Shown here: in pieces, positions 32,409-47,400 of the stretch
Position numbering within the stretch: position 1 is the first letter of the stretch
Layout of the letters: every line of letters begins with the position of its first letter
Assembly: GCA_013239625.1 (NCBI GenBank)
Contig: MU054220.1
Coordinates: forward strand, 1,479,509 to 1,543,508
Length of the DNA: 64,000 nt
Reading direction: 5' to 3'
DNA from: Lama guanicoe
Taxonomy: Eukaryota
The notes under the pieces: model-generated
Told to the model about the DNA's origin: nothing
The model's input: only the letters and a program-made list of their open reading frames with translations
Database searches by the model: none
Position numbers and translations under genes: made by a program

Positions 32409-35400
32409 GTCAGTACACACCCCTCTCCAGGAACTCCACGGAAATCCAACACTAGATCAGAAGGTATATAATGCTGGCACCTTTCTTGGCTGGAGATCTT
32501 GATCCCAAAGATAGAATAATTTGCATAAATGTTTGTCATCTTATGGTTTGTTTGCTGAAGTTGTTGGTATACTGTCCTCTGCAGCAATGCTTGTGTACTT
32601 TTTGCTAAGAGTCAGTATTATTCTTGTAACAGACTCTTATAATTAATTATTATTATGAAAGCACTTTCCTGACTGAGATGCCTTTCATTTCAGATTCTTC
32701 CTGATCCTTACGAAGACTTTATGTACCATCACCTCCAGTACTATGGCTATTTTAAAGGTAATAGCTCATCCTTATCTAGCATCGCCTTTCCTAGATTCAT
32801 AAAATAAATTGATCAACTGAGAGAGTTGTGCTTAGGTAAACTAGTGACAAATTTTTTAAGCACCTTTAGTGAAAAGTGCTTCCTTTTCTCACTGATAGGC
32901 TATGTCACCTCTCTTGAGTTTCCATGTATACATACAAGAGTCTGTTTGTTTTTCTTTCAATAATACCACCTTTTCTTAATGACACCACATGGCATTAAAA
33001 TAGTCTTGATATCTGGAAAGACATGTCCTCCCTTATTGTTCTCCAGAAGTGTCTTGGCTATTCTTGCCTTTTTATATAATTTTAGAATTGGCTTGTGATG
33101 TTTAAAAACATTATTGGGATTGCATTGAATCTATAGATCAAACTTGACAAGAAGTGAGAATTTTCTAATACCAGATTCTCCAATCTATTCATATAGTCTA
33201 ATTCTCTATTTACTTAGGTTTTCTTTAATATCCCAGTAAAGATTTAGAATTTTTTTCATATAACTGTATATTTTTATGCTAGTATAGATGGCATCTTTTT
33301 AAATTTTGATTTTCTAACTGTTCCTGGTACTTAGAAATAAAATTCAGGTTTTATATTGATTTTGTTTTTGTCAACCTTGTTAAACTTTCCTATTAGCTAG
33401 TTGATTTTGTAAGTGATGACTAATTTATTGAGAACTCAATTTCCTGTTTACCAGATTCAGCGGAGCCTCCTCAGGACAAAGCAGCTCCCACTCTGAGTGC
33501 TCCACTTCCACTCAGAGAACTTGCCTTCACTTGGTCCTGTAGCTGACAAGTCTTTCTGCCTCCCAAGCCCTTTCTCTTTCCACTTTATGTACTTCTTCTC
33601 AAGTTTTCTCTTCACCATGCAGTGGAGAAAATGATGCTTAACTCACGTAAATTGGAATGTGAAAGCTCTTTGGAAGATGGGTTGTATTCATTGTAAGGTC
33701 TGTGGTGATGGATGGTGAATAGTAGTGGCAGTTTGCTGGCAGTGGTTTTTGTGTTGACCTAAATAAATGTTAGAGGTGATGAACTAGCTAGCCTTCTAGC
33801 ACTTTTCACTAACCTGCCTATTCTTAGCTCAGAGAGGCAGTTTACCAAACTCTGCTACGCACCAGCACGTTTGGAAGAATAATAATCCTCGATACCTACT
33901 GAGTGGCTCTTTGGGAAAAAGAGATGATTTGATACTGGACCCGTTGCAAAAGGAGAAGCGTCTATGTGAGTAATAGTCAGCGTTGTGTGACCCCCAGAAC
34001 CCTCACTGCCTGTCAGCAGCTCCAGGTATTCAGAAGAACATGGCCTAATGTGGCCTTCTCGTGGAGAAGCCAGGGGAAGAGCCTTAGCTACTGTTTCTGA
34101 CATCACTCAAAAATGTTCTCTCTCGAGCTGTATTGGATTGTAGGTTTAAGTTTGAATTCTGTGCCTTCTGGATGATCTTTCTCCAAATTGCTGGAAAATT
34201 TGTTAAAACTCTTTAGTCAAGAGTAGCAATGATTTTTTTTCCCTGCAGTTTTGATGGATATGTTTGTTAAGGTTCTTTGGAGACCAATTCCAGCTAGCTT
34301 CAGCAAAAATAATTTATGAGGATTCCACAGGTTTCTTCTGGAATCCAAGGACAGGAATGCAATTGAATTTCTCCCAGAGCACATATCCAACCACACATCA
34401 ATTCAGTTCTCTTTACTACACATCCTTCCCACCCCTCACCTTCCCCAGCCCACCATCACCTCACTATTGAAACAGCCTGTTAATTGATCTCCTGGCTTCC
34501 TCTCGTATTCCATTATGCCCCCTTTCAATTTATTTTCCACACAGCAATTTTCTTTTTTTATGTGCAAATCTGATTGTTTCCCTTTTCTAGCTAAAAACCT
34601 ATGAATGACACAAGACCCAAAAGTCATAAATATAACATTGATAATTTTTACAGCAAAAATTTACATTTCTGTATAGAAAAAAAGTACCGTTAATAAAGGA
34701 AAATAACTGAAGAAGAGTATCTGTGACAAGTATGTCAAAAGATTAATTTCCTTAACACAACAGCTCTCATAAATCAGTATGTCAAATAGAAAAAGGGCAA
34801 AGGCAAGCAGTTCATAGAAAAGCAAACACAATAAGCTTTAAGAAAAGATGCTCAATTTCACTTCTAATTAAAGATACAAATCAAAATGTCAGGGTACCAT
34901 TTTTTACATTAGGAGATTTGGGCAAAAATGTTTTAAGATTATACCTAGTATCGGTTAGGGGATGGAGAACACACTCCTACACTGCAGTTAGGAAGGCAAT
35001 TTGGCAACACTTGGGAAATGTAAAACAGTACTTAACCCTTGAAGTAGAAATTCCATTTGCAGATATGTATCTTATATATTTGCTCACCCCAGTGCCCAGA
35101 AGGCTCTTCCATCCTGTGTCCCAGAGCCCCTGGCAAGGGTAGAGCAAAGGAGACTGTCGAGGTGGGATGGCTCAAGAGCCAGCTGACCGCCCCCTTCACT
35201 TTCCTCCCACCCTATTTGCTGACAAAATAACATTAATAGGAAAGAATTGCCAATCTTAATATAATAAACATCAAATTCAAAATCAGCTGGTGGAAGTAAC
35301 ACAACAATGTAAATGAGTTTTAGTTGGGTGTAATTGGTAACCTGACATCTTTTTTTCCCCCTATTTTGATCATTGGAGTGAGGAAGATATTTTTTCTTTA

Positions 35401-38400
35401 TCTTTGTATCAAAGCATTTATGTGTTGTTGTTTTAAAACAGAAAAATACAAAAGTAAAAAAGGAGTAAGTTACAGTCTGCTTGTTTAAGAAAAAGAAAGA
35501 GAGAGAGGAAGGAAGAAAAGCAATTTATGTACAAGTTTAGAAAATTCAAATGGTAGGAAAACACAAAAGGAAACTAAAAGGCCTCCCTGCCCACCCTTGA
35601 TGTAGCCAGTTACCATTCTTTCCAGGAAAAAAAAAATATATATCCTCATGTATCTGTATTTTTCCTTTGTAACTACTCATAGGGAATCCTATACACAAAC
35701 TTTGATTTTTTTTGTTGTTGTTTAATAATAGAGCCTTTTCATAGAGCACAAAAAAACATCTACCGCATTCTTTTTAAGGACACCCACAGTATTCCATCTC
35801 ATTACTATGTCCTGTTTATTTTAACTTCCCTTTTGATGGATGTCTGGTTGGTCCACATTTTTGTTATTTGAACATTGCTGCAGTGACCATCTTTGTATAT
35901 GTATCTTGATGAGCTTTTGTGAGACCATCTGTAAGGTAATTCCTAGCACTGGGGTTGCTGGATCAAGGGTTTGTGTATTTTAAGTCTTACTAGCTACTGC
36001 CAAATTGCTTTCCAGAAAGGTTGCACCAGTTTGCCTTTTTGCCAGCAGATTCTGAGAGTACTTGTTTTCTTAAAGCTTTGCCAGGATGAACATGAAAGCA
36101 CGTAAATGTTTTCTTGTTTGTTAGGTTAAAAACTGGTCATTTTGGTCATCTTCCTGTCATTTTGATTTACATTTCTTTATGAGTGAGCTTGAGCAGCTTT
36201 ATCATCTTTTCAAATGTTTGTTGCCTCCCCCCTCCACTGCCAATTCAACAGTAGGGGAAATATTTAGACATAGAAATGCAGGGGGCCTAAAGTGGGGGTG
36301 AGGGGGGGAGATACAAGGGGATAAGGCAGGAAAAAAAAGACTAAGATCTGTAGGACAAACCATGCTTCCTCCCTCATTCTAGGGCCTGGCTGTCTACCTT
36401 CAGCTGTGCACAGACAGATGGAAGCTGTGAGCAGAGGTATTTCGTTACCTTCCAGACCAGAAAACCGAAACTCCTCTATGGGGGCGTGTCTCCCCCTGCC
36501 CTCCCCACTAGAGCTGGGAGCCACACGCCAGCGGCCTTCAGCCTATCCTTCCCCCTTTCCTGTCTTTTCGTTCTTCCTCTCATTTCCTTTTTTTCCCCCC
36601 TTTCTCCTTAAGCCTTTCTTTTCCTCTTTTTTCTCATTCTTTATTTCTCAAGGCCTCTCTTTCTCTCTCTTCTGCCCCTGTCTTTTCCTCCTCTTTGTTT
36701 TTTAAGTCTCTCTGTCCTTTGAATGGTTATATTATGAACTTGAAATTCAGTTTGTAGATTATTTCACTGTCGCTAATAAAGTTTTATGTGCTTTTATCTA
36801 AAATGCTAGTGAGTGAATTGAAAGTCTTCTTTGCCTCTCTCTAAATAAAAATAATAACACACATTTTATGGTAACTTTTTATTTGTAACCAACTGTTGAC
36901 ATGTCTTAGACCCATTAATTTTGTTTTTTGTTTCTGTTTTTGTATTGTTTTTTGACCCATTAATTTTGATTTTTAAAAAAGTTTCTTCTCGCTTACTCCG
37001 AAACTTTACATTTAAATATTCAATAGACTGTGTAGAATTTTAACTTAATATTTTGTAATTTCCATGCTGCCATCCTGGACTAAATCTCCTTATAAGAGAA
37101 AGGAGGATTGGATGTCTGCTAATATTTTAATACGGTGCTTAAAATTACGTAATTGTTATAGTTGAGCAGTGACGTTGCCGAGGAAGACAAGGAAACTGTA
37201 CACTCATTCACTTTCCCTTTGGCAGATTCTCTTATGCTGAGTTCACCACTTCTTAAGAGCAGACAGCTTCTTCACGATGAGTTTGGCAAAGTAAACCTGC
37301 GTCTTCGAGAACCCCGAGGTCTCTTTGCCTTTTTCTCTGGCAGCGGGCCACTGCAGGCTCCAAGGTGGCCAGTGGAATGTGAGGTCATCAAGGAGAACAT
37401 TCATCACATTGGTAACGTGACTTACATGTCCTGGGCTTCCTGTTCTGACAGACTGAATTACGGGACCTTACAGTTTAAGTTCTACATGGTGAAGCACATT
37501 TTCTTTAGATTACACATGTAAGAGAGCATAATGCACTTAACATAATGCCCTTAAGGTCCATTCATGTGGTCACAGATGGGAAATTTTCATTCTTTTTTAT
37601 GGCTGAATAATATTCTATTATATATGTTATATGTTATATATTATATAAAATATATACATCTATTATATATCTATATATCTACATATATATCTATTTTGTA
37701 TACATCTATTATATATATTATATATATAAAGTTGTGGGGGGGTGTGTGTGTTTGTGTATATATACACACACACAATTTCTTTATCTACATCCATTGATGA
37801 ATACTTAAGTTGCTTCCATATCTTGGCTGTTGTAAATAATGCTGCAGTGAATATGGGGGCACATATGTCTTTTCAAGTTGGTATTTTCATTTTCTTTGGA
37901 TAAATGCCAAGAGCAGAATTAGTGGGTCATATGGTAGTTCTGTTTTTCATTTTTTGAGGAATTTCCAAAATGTTTTCCATAGCGGTGGCACCAATTTACA
38001 TTCCCACCAATAGTGCACAAGCATTCCCTTTTCTCCCCTCCTCCCCAACACTTGTTATTTCTTGTCTATTTGATAATAGCCATTCTGTCAGGTGTGAGGT
38101 AGTATCTCATTGTGGTTTTGATTTACATTTCCTTGATGATTAATTATGTAGAGCATCTTTTCATATACCTGTTGGCCATTGTATGTCTTCTTTGGAAAAA
38201 TGTCTATTCAGATTTTCTGCTCATTTTTTTAAATTGAATTTTTTATTTTTTATTTTTTAATTTTTTTGCTGTTGAGTTGCATGAGTTCTTTCGGATGTTA
38301 GCCCCTTATCAAATACATGCTTTGCAAATACGTTCTCTCATTCAGTAGGCTGCCTTTTCATTCTGCTGATGGTTTCCTTTGCTGTGCAGAAGCTTTTTAG

Positions 38401-41400
38401 TTTGATGTAGTCCCACTTGTTTGTTTATGCTTTTTTTTCTTTTGCTTTTGCTTTTTCTCTTGGAATCAGATTCAGAAAGTCGTCGCCAAGGCCTCTGTCA
38501 AGGAGCTTACTTCCTGTGTTTTCTTCTAAAAGTTTTATGGCTTCAGGCCTTACATTCAAGTCTTTAATCCATTTTGAGTGATTTTTTATGTATGATGTAA
38601 GATAGTAGTCAAGTTTTATTCTTTTGCATATGGCTGGCCCGTTTTCTCAGCATCATTTATTAAAGAGACTGTCCTTTCCCCATTGTATATTATTGAAGCC
38701 TTTGTCATAAATTAATTGGCCATATATGCATGGATTTATTTCTGGGCTCACTATTCTGTTCCATTGATCTAGGTATCTGTTTTTATGCCAATACCCTATT
38801 GTTCTAATTACTATAGCTTATAGAGTTTGAAATCAGGGAGCGTGGTACCTCCACCTTTGTTCTTTCTCAAGATTATTTTGGCTCTTTGGGGTCTTTTATG
38901 GTTCCATATAAATTTTAGGATTGTTTGTTACATTTTTGTGAAAAATTCCATGGGAAGTTTGATAGGGATTGCATTGAATCTGTAAATTGTTGGGGTAGTA
39001 TGGACATTTTAACAATATTCTTCCAACCATGAGCACAGATTATCTTTCCATTTATTTGTGTCTTCAGTTTCTTTCATTAATGTCTTATAGTTTTCAACAA
39101 ACAGGTCTTCCACCTCCTTGTTTAAATTTGTTCCTAGGTATTTAATTATTTTGACGCAATTGTAAATAAGAATGTTTTCTTTAATTTCTCTTTCTGATAG
39201 TTCATTATTAGTATATAGAAACATAATAGATTTTTGTGTGTTGATTTTATATCTTGCAACTTTACTGAATTTTTTATTAGTTCTAACAGTTTTCTGGTAG
39301 AGTCTTTAGGGTTTTCTATATATATATGTCATCTACAAATAGTGACAGTTTTACTTATTCCTTTCCAATTTGAATACCTTTCATTTCTTTTTCTTTCCTA
39401 ATTCCTGTGGCTAGGACTTCCAATACTGCTGAATAAAGTGGTGAGAATAGGCATAAGCTTTTCACCACTGAGTATGATTTTAGCTGTGAGCTTCTCATAT
39501 ATGGTTTTTATTATATTGAAGTATGTTCCCTCTATTCTCACTTTGTAGAGAGTTTTCATCAAAAATGGATGTTGAATTTTGTCAAATGCTTCTTCTGCGT
39601 CTGTTGAAATGATTATATGATTTTTATCCTTCATTTTGTTAATGCGGTGTATCACATTGGCTGTTTTTTGAATATTGAACCATCCTTGCATCCCTAGAAT
39701 AAATCCTACTTGATCGTGGTGTTTAATTTTTTTAATGTACTGTTGAATTTGAGTTATGTCTTTTTATGCCCTTGGTTTTCATCAGTGGCTACTGTACTTA
39801 AAATGATACTGAGGAATTGCCCCAGTCCCATAGGAGAAATCTTTTAAAATTGAGTGTTAATGAAAAAGCCTTGTTTCCTCTGAAGAAATTTATACTTTTT
39901 CTTCTATAGTAATTCAAAGTATGTAGCTGATCATATGTTCCTAACTCAAAAAGGAAGCTCAGAGACAAATTTTGAAGAGTTGTTGCAGGAACTGTATTGA
40001 CCTTTCTAGCTTATTTTTTAGTCTTCTGTTTAAAATTTGTACTTTTGTTGTATATGCTTTTTGTTAAAAATCTCTCTATAGTCTTTATAGAAAGAAGCAA
40101 GATATAATTAATTTACAAACAAACTAGAAACTTAGGGTGGGAATTTGATTTGATTCAGCCAAACTAGCCATTTGAATAATTATTATTATAATTTTGTATT
40201 AGTTCTATAAAATGCCTTTTATATTCTTATTTTATACTTTTTTAATGTCTTCTTTCAGAGTGGGTTCCACCTCAACCAGAACATTTCTATCAACCTACGG
40301 GAAGTGAAAAGATACCAAAAATTGTAGGAGAGGAAGGAGGCACAGTTGTCTATCAGTTAGATTCAGGTATTGTCATTACACTGAACCATGAATGATTAAT
40401 AATGACCACATTAAACATACTTTCTATAATAAAAGTGATTTTTAAAAATCCATATTTCAGTGATAAACTGTCTTTTCCAGACCAACCTGAGTGGGAGCCC
40501 TGATATTCATGACCAATCAGTTTTAAATTTTTATTTTTTAATATGACAGTACCTTTTCTTAATTGTTCTGAGTCCATTTTACAGCTTCTTCCTTAGTATT
40601 CCCCTTTCTGAAAATCAGATGTTGGATCTTTGAGGAATTTGCTCTTCTTTTCTCCATCTCCTATGCTATAGTGAGTACTGTGTAGTATGTACATTTGACT
40701 GTCATTTACTCTGTGGCTTCCTGCATTCATTTGTAGGCATGCTAGGGGTAAAATGCATGTCTTTTATAAAAACATGCAGGACACCGTACCCAACAATAAA
40801 ATACACATTCTTTTCAAGGCCACATGGTAAATTCCCCAGGATACACCATATGCTAGGTTGTAAAGCAAGTCCTAATACATTTAAAAGGATTGAAGCCCTA
40901 CAAAATATATTTTCTGACCACTGTAGAGTTAAATTAAAAATCAACAGGATGAAATCTGGGAAATGTACAAATATTTGGAAACTGAACAACACACTTCTAA
41001 GTGAGCCATGGGTTAAAGAAATCGTAAGAGTTCAAAAATGTTTTGAGCCGAGAGAAAATAAGATAACATATCAGTGTCTATGGGATACAGCTAAAGCACT
41101 GCAAGCTAAATTTATGGCTTTAAATGCCTATAATGGAAAGGAAGAAGGACCCCACATCACCTACCTGAGCTTCCACCTTCATACATTAGAAAAACAAGAG
41201 CAAACTTAGTCCAAAGCAAGCAGAAGGAAGAAAATAATAAAGATAAAAGTGGAAATAAGTGAAATAGAAAGCAGAAAAATAATCCAGAAAATCAAACTAA
41301 AACCTGATTCTTCAGAAACATCAACAAAATTGACAAAAGTTTGGCCAGACCTACCAAGAAAAAGGGAGGAGACACAAATTATCAAAATCAGGAATGAATG

Positions 41401-44400
41401 GGGACACAAACATCAACTCTATAGAAATCAAAAGAATTGCAACAAGGTAATGCTATTAACAACTTTATGTTAGCAAATTAACATAGATGAACAGAAAAAA
41501 AATGTTGGAAAAGCAAATGTTACCAAAACTGACTCAGGTAGAAATAAAAAGTGTGAATAAGTTGTAACAAAGAAATTAAATTACTAATTTATAGTCTTCT
41601 TGCAAAGAAATCCCTGACCCAGATGACTTGACAGGTTTTGTTTGAATTGTTTCAAGCATTTAAAGATGAAACAGTACTAATTCTTCATAAGTTTGAAAAC
41701 AGAGGAGAAGGAGGAAATATTTCCCAGCTCTTCTTATGAAACCAATATTCAAAGCCAGACAAAGTCACCACAAGAAAACTATAGATCAGTATTCCTCATG
41801 AATGTAAGTGCAAAAATCCTCAACCAAATACCAGCAAACCAAGTCCAGCAGCATATTAAAAGGATTATACACCATGACTAAGGGAGATTTGTTCTAGGAA
41901 TCCAAGGGTGATTCAACATAAGAAAATCAATGTAACCCACCGCATTAATAGAACAAAGGGAGAAAAACTACATAATCAACTCAACGAATGCAGAAAATGC
42001 ACTTGACAAAATCCAACCTTTCATGATAAGAACATTCCAAAAACCAGAAATTGAAGGAAATTTCCTCTGCTTGATAAAGGATATTTATGGAAAGGATGAA
42101 TCAACTTCACACCCACTAAAATAGCTATAATGAAAATAGACTATAAAAAGTGCTGGGGAGATGTCATAATTAAAAAAGTGTTTAAAAGAAGTAAAAATTC
42201 TGCTGTACACAGGGCCAGGCTGAATTCGGTGACTTACAAATGATGTGAAACATTTTTGTTATATTGAGATGTCCATACATCAAAAAGAAAATAAATAAAT
42301 AAGCTTCAAATTACTGTGAAGAGAAGAAAGCCACATATTTAGTTTCTCAGAACAACTCCCATAGACCCATGTGGAACACATGCCTAATGCATGAAATAAA
42401 TAAACTGAAAAATGTGAGTTTACAGCATCAAAAAAAAAAGTTCTGGGGAGGATGTGAGGCAGGTGATAATAGTAACATTTAAAACGGAAAGGAAATGTCA
42501 TGTTAAAGAACAAGGAGCCAATACATAGGATCAGAAAGGAAATCTATTTTATTGGAGGAAGAATATGTACTAAATATAATTAATAGAAATAGAATGTGTT
42601 AAGTTGGTGAAATCAGGGGAGGTTTTGGAGAAATAATCAAAAATATAAAAGGGCTGCAAATGTGTGTTTTTTTAAATTAATTTATTATTATATTATTTAA
42701 CTACTTTATTTGGGCAGGGAGAGGTAGCTAGGTTTGTTCACTTCTGAAGGAAGTACTGGGGATTGAACCCGGACCTCCTGTATGCTAAGCTTGTGCTCCA
42801 CCATTTGAGCTATACCCTCCCCCTGGCTGCAGTTGGTTGATATTCCTACAAGGAGAGAAAAAAAATGAGCCAATTTTTGCAGAGAAGGCCCAGCTGACAT
42901 GTGATTGCACATGCTGCACTCCCAGTTGCCTTGATTTTGAGTTCTCAAGTTAATAATATTTTGGAAAAAGCTATATGAAGTGAAATAAAAAGGTGAAGCA
43001 ACTCACGGTGCACCTAGCTCCACCTTATGGAATGTCTGAGGAGAAGTTTGGGAGACTTTAAAATGTGAGATCATAAGTGGGTAGACTTGGGTTATAAATA
43101 ACAGGGAATGTCCTACTCCTACAACCTCAGAAATTATTGGATATTATAAGCCTGATTTACCTCCCGTTGACCTTGCTGTAGTCATTTTCAGTAAACCCGA
43201 TGCCCATGAATCCCCATTGCCTCATCTGTTCTATTCAGGGGTATTTCTGCATAGGAAGAGGCCCTGGGGCCGAGAGCTCACTCTCCTGGTAACTGCAGCT
43301 GTTGTGAGCAGTCCTTGTTGTCTTGTTAACACACCTTTGTGGCAGCTGTCTTGATCTTGTCCTCTGGATTCATCTAGGAGAGTTGAGCCCACTCTACTGG
43401 AGGAATGAAGAAACAGAAAACTGAGAAGATGGGGCTCCAGGGAGAATCTGGGAGTTTATCGTTTTAGGAGCCCTAGAGCAACTACATGCTATAAGAATAT
43501 TGGGGGCAAAACAGAAAAAGGTTTTGTTTTTTGAGAAATGTCACTGTGGGCTATGAATTGGATCTTTTATTTTTTTCTTTTAAATGGAGGCCCTGGGGAT
43601 TGAACCCAGGGCCTTGTGCATGCTAAGTATGTGCTCTGCCACTGAGCTATTCCCTGCCTCCTCTGTTGGATCATTTTTAATGTTATCTGAGAGACTCAAG
43701 AATATATTGAAATCCTTATATTAATGATACCTGGTTGCTGGTCTGAACTTTGATTGTGGTTCCATGAAGAGGCTGAACAATCCAGGTCCTCAGCTCGTAA
43801 TTGGGTGACACATTCTCTTGCTGCTGCTGCTGCTACTTCCTCTGTGCTTGTTTTTTTCTTTCACTCACTTCATATGCTTGCTTTCTCCTTTGCTTTCATT
43901 TATTATCCAAGTATTTATTTTCTAAGTCTCCGCAGTGACAAGATTGCATATCAGAGCAAAAGTCATCATAATTTGAAAATATTTGCTAATAACTACTTAT
44001 AAAATCAGGCCCCATACACATCTCTGTTAAATGCTTTTGTTATCAGCAAGCCCCATGGACAGCATCTTTGTTGGCATCAGTCACTTGCTGATTGCTGAAT
44101 ATTATTAACATCTGACAGTATGAAGCAAATACACTAAAAATCAGTTGCAAAGTGAACTTACAGGAGATTCAGGATTGTATGAAATTGATAAATTGCTTGT
44201 ATCACTTGCAAAGCCATTGACAAATAAAAATCTGGATTTTTTTATCAGTTAACAGTTAGAGAAAAATCAACAAAAGATGACAAAATAGATTCTTCTGGAC
44301 ACACTGAGAAGAATATTGTGGTACAAAGAAAGGCCTTCAGAAAACTGGTGTTGCTGAAAGATCAGCCCCCATCCCTGATGAGCCAAATAACTCAGAGACA

Positions 44401-47400
44401 GAGTCTTAGAGCTTAGAAGAAAAGAGGCAGCTTTACTGCTTTGCTGGGCAAAGGGGGCCTCACAGCAGGCTAGTGCCTTCTAAACTATGAACCCGTCTTG
44501 GGAATGGGGCAGGGTGATTATATAGCCATAGCTTAATAAAGCATAGATAACAACAGAATTATTTTCTTCTTATAAGACTCAGAGTGGCATCATGGTGTCT
44601 CCAGGTGACCAGTTGTATAGAGGCTAGTGGTTGTTGCTCTTTCAATCTCTTCATCTTATAAGCACCCAAGGTGTGGTCTTCTTGGTAACTCATGCTGTTT
44701 TGTAAGGTTACAGTCCCATGACCTTCTCCCTGGAAAATGACTCAGAGACCAAGTGTAATTATTACTTCTGATTACTGGAATAAAGCAGAAACAGTAAAGT
44801 TAATAACTTTGTTTTAACAATGGACCTGGAGCTGTGAGTAGCAACTGGTCAGTCAGGTTAATTGACCATTTTAAGGGCAAGTATAAGAATAAGCAATCTG
44901 TTAGCCTAAGTGTGGCCATTTTATTAATTCTCATTCACTGGAGCCCTACAAGAGTTTTGCAAAAGCAACTGCAAAAATCAAAGGTGTCACATGACACCCT
45001 AACTGAATTCATCTGAAAAATTGCAAGCCCACCCCCAAAAAAAAATTAACAACTGATTATTCTTCCAAGTTTTATAAGTTTTCTTAAATAAGATAAACTT
45101 CATAATTTTTTGTTTTAGCTTCATGTTAAAGATAAAATTTCAATCATAACCTTTTCACTATTATGACATTTTGGTTCCCATCTCAGGCAAACTGTACCCA
45201 TGGCAATTCTTCTCAAACTTCTGTTTTTGTTATATTTAAATCTGGAAGGATACACCAAAAAAATGATAAGGAGTGTACTTCATTTTCTCTTTTTTGTTTT
45301 TCTGTTTCTCTTCTCTTTTTTTTTTTTATTAGTAAGTACTATTTGGTTTTTTTGTTTGTTTTTGTAGAATAAGATTGCAAATGTTTTCAGGTGCTCCACT
45401 TGGAATGTCATTTTTTGCCAACCTCCTTTTAAATGAGGGTTTAGATGGGTACAGGCAGTATCTGAGATGCCAAGGGTAGCCAGTCAGCAAAAGGAAGTCC
45501 TCTAAACCACTTAAAGTTCTTCAAAGAAATACATTTTTAAAAATTTAAAGTCTCAGCAAGGACAATTGAAAAATTGAAATCTCACTGTTGTTAACCTAGA
45601 ATAGTGAACGCAGAGGGCTCAATAAATATTTGCTGGATAAATGGATTCTGAGTAAATCCTGGCCTAAATACATCCATCTTGTCTGCAGTGCCCACGGAGG
45701 ATTCCTATTTCACCCGTTCCAGAGTGGGAGGCAAACGAGGGGTTATCAAGGAACTCGCTGTCACCTTGCAAGGACCAGAAGATAACACTCTACTGTTCGA
45801 ATCGAGGTTTGAGAGTGGGAACCTGCAAAAAGCTGTCAGAGTGTGAGTAACAAAGAGGAATTTCCCAAAGGGATGATGATTGAAATAACTGAGAACTGTC
45901 TTCAGGAATCGTGTTAGGAGCCAAGAGAGTTTCTGAAAGAAGTGATGAGAAAGAATTATGAGGATGATGAAGAAAAATGGAATAATTGTGACTTGTATTT
46001 TCCCCCAGAATAAAAATTTATCCAAATTGTTTTTTCTGCTTCCAAAAGAAATTAGCGCACATTTGAAATTTGTTTTGTTGACCTGAAACAGATAGTCCAT
46101 CAGCTGTTTCTGCATCCATTTATTAGGATCTGTAGAGAATGGCAATTCGGGGTCTGCAATCCTGGGACACCACGTGCAAGTCCCACGCTGCAAGGGAAGG
46201 AGAAGGCTTTCACAGTGAGGAAAAGGGAGTTGGGAGGCCCAGAGTGAACAGAGGGTCCATGGCTTTTCATTGGCTGAGTCCTGGCCAGGAAAGAAAGTCT
46301 TCTAGTTGGGCTTGGCTGAGGCTGCAGGGCATGAGAGCTCCCCCTGCTGATCTCCCAATTTTATTTAATTGGGATTTTTGTTTATTAATTTTTATAGTAT
46401 TAATAAAAATACCCAACATTAAAAATTGAAGTCTTATAATCATACCTCTCGGATGCAACAACTGATAATACTTTATTAATTTTTCTCTCTCCCTCTGTAT
46501 GTGTGTAATATGCACAAGTTATATATTAATATATATATTAGGAAAATGGTAGACATATTGCTTTTCATGTTGCTTTTCTCCATTTAATAAATTTTAGGTG
46601 TTTTTCTAAAGCAGTATCACAGATGTATCTCTTTATGTTTAACAGCTCAGACTGTCCTATTGTATGGATACTCCATATTTTATTTACCTTGACCCTAACT
46701 GATGGGAAATTAAGATGTTTATAATTTTTTCTTAATGAATTAACACTCAGGCATTTATGTTTATAAATTATGTGTGATTTTATGAGATAAACTCTAGAAA
46801 TAAAATTGTTGGGCCAGGATTCGCTCACTTCGCTGTTGCTAGTTTTTGCCAAATTGCCCTCCCTGTGATTTCAGCCCCCATCACCAGTGTATGAGAGTGC
46901 CTGTTTCCCTACATTGGGGTGTTGATGAGATGGAGGGGGAAATGACATCCTATTTTAATTTGCATTTTGCTGTTTAGGCATGTGGGTGAACTTGGTCTCG
47001 TGGTTTTTGGCATTTGTGTTTTGTCTTCTGCAAGTTCAACAGGTGACAGCATTCCAGAGATGTCCCCTCATTTTCAAATAAGCGATGATCGGGTATAAAA
47101 CAGCGCAGAGGGCTGAAGGGTCTCCTCTGCAGTGACGGTGTCCAGGATGTGACCGAAAGCCAGCAGAGGGCTCTGGCTTCACTGCTCTTCAATGTGTTTC
47201 AGAGAAATGTGTTGAAATGGTTAGAAACTGCTATAGGATGCTCTAGAAAGATGCCAAGAAGCTCACAGCATTCCCAGACATGCTGTGCAGCACTGTGAGT
47301 TTTGAGACTCTTCCTGTCCCACCCAAAAGAAATTATCTTCCCCCAAGCTCCTGCTAGCCTAATATGTGAGTTAGAGAACTAAGGAAATGAGAAAATAAAT

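Noticed and set aside
40739..41209. 156-aa ORF with endonuclease-like motifs
   Set aside because: Fragment of a decayed L1 ORF2 followed by frameshifts and stops; no sign of domestication
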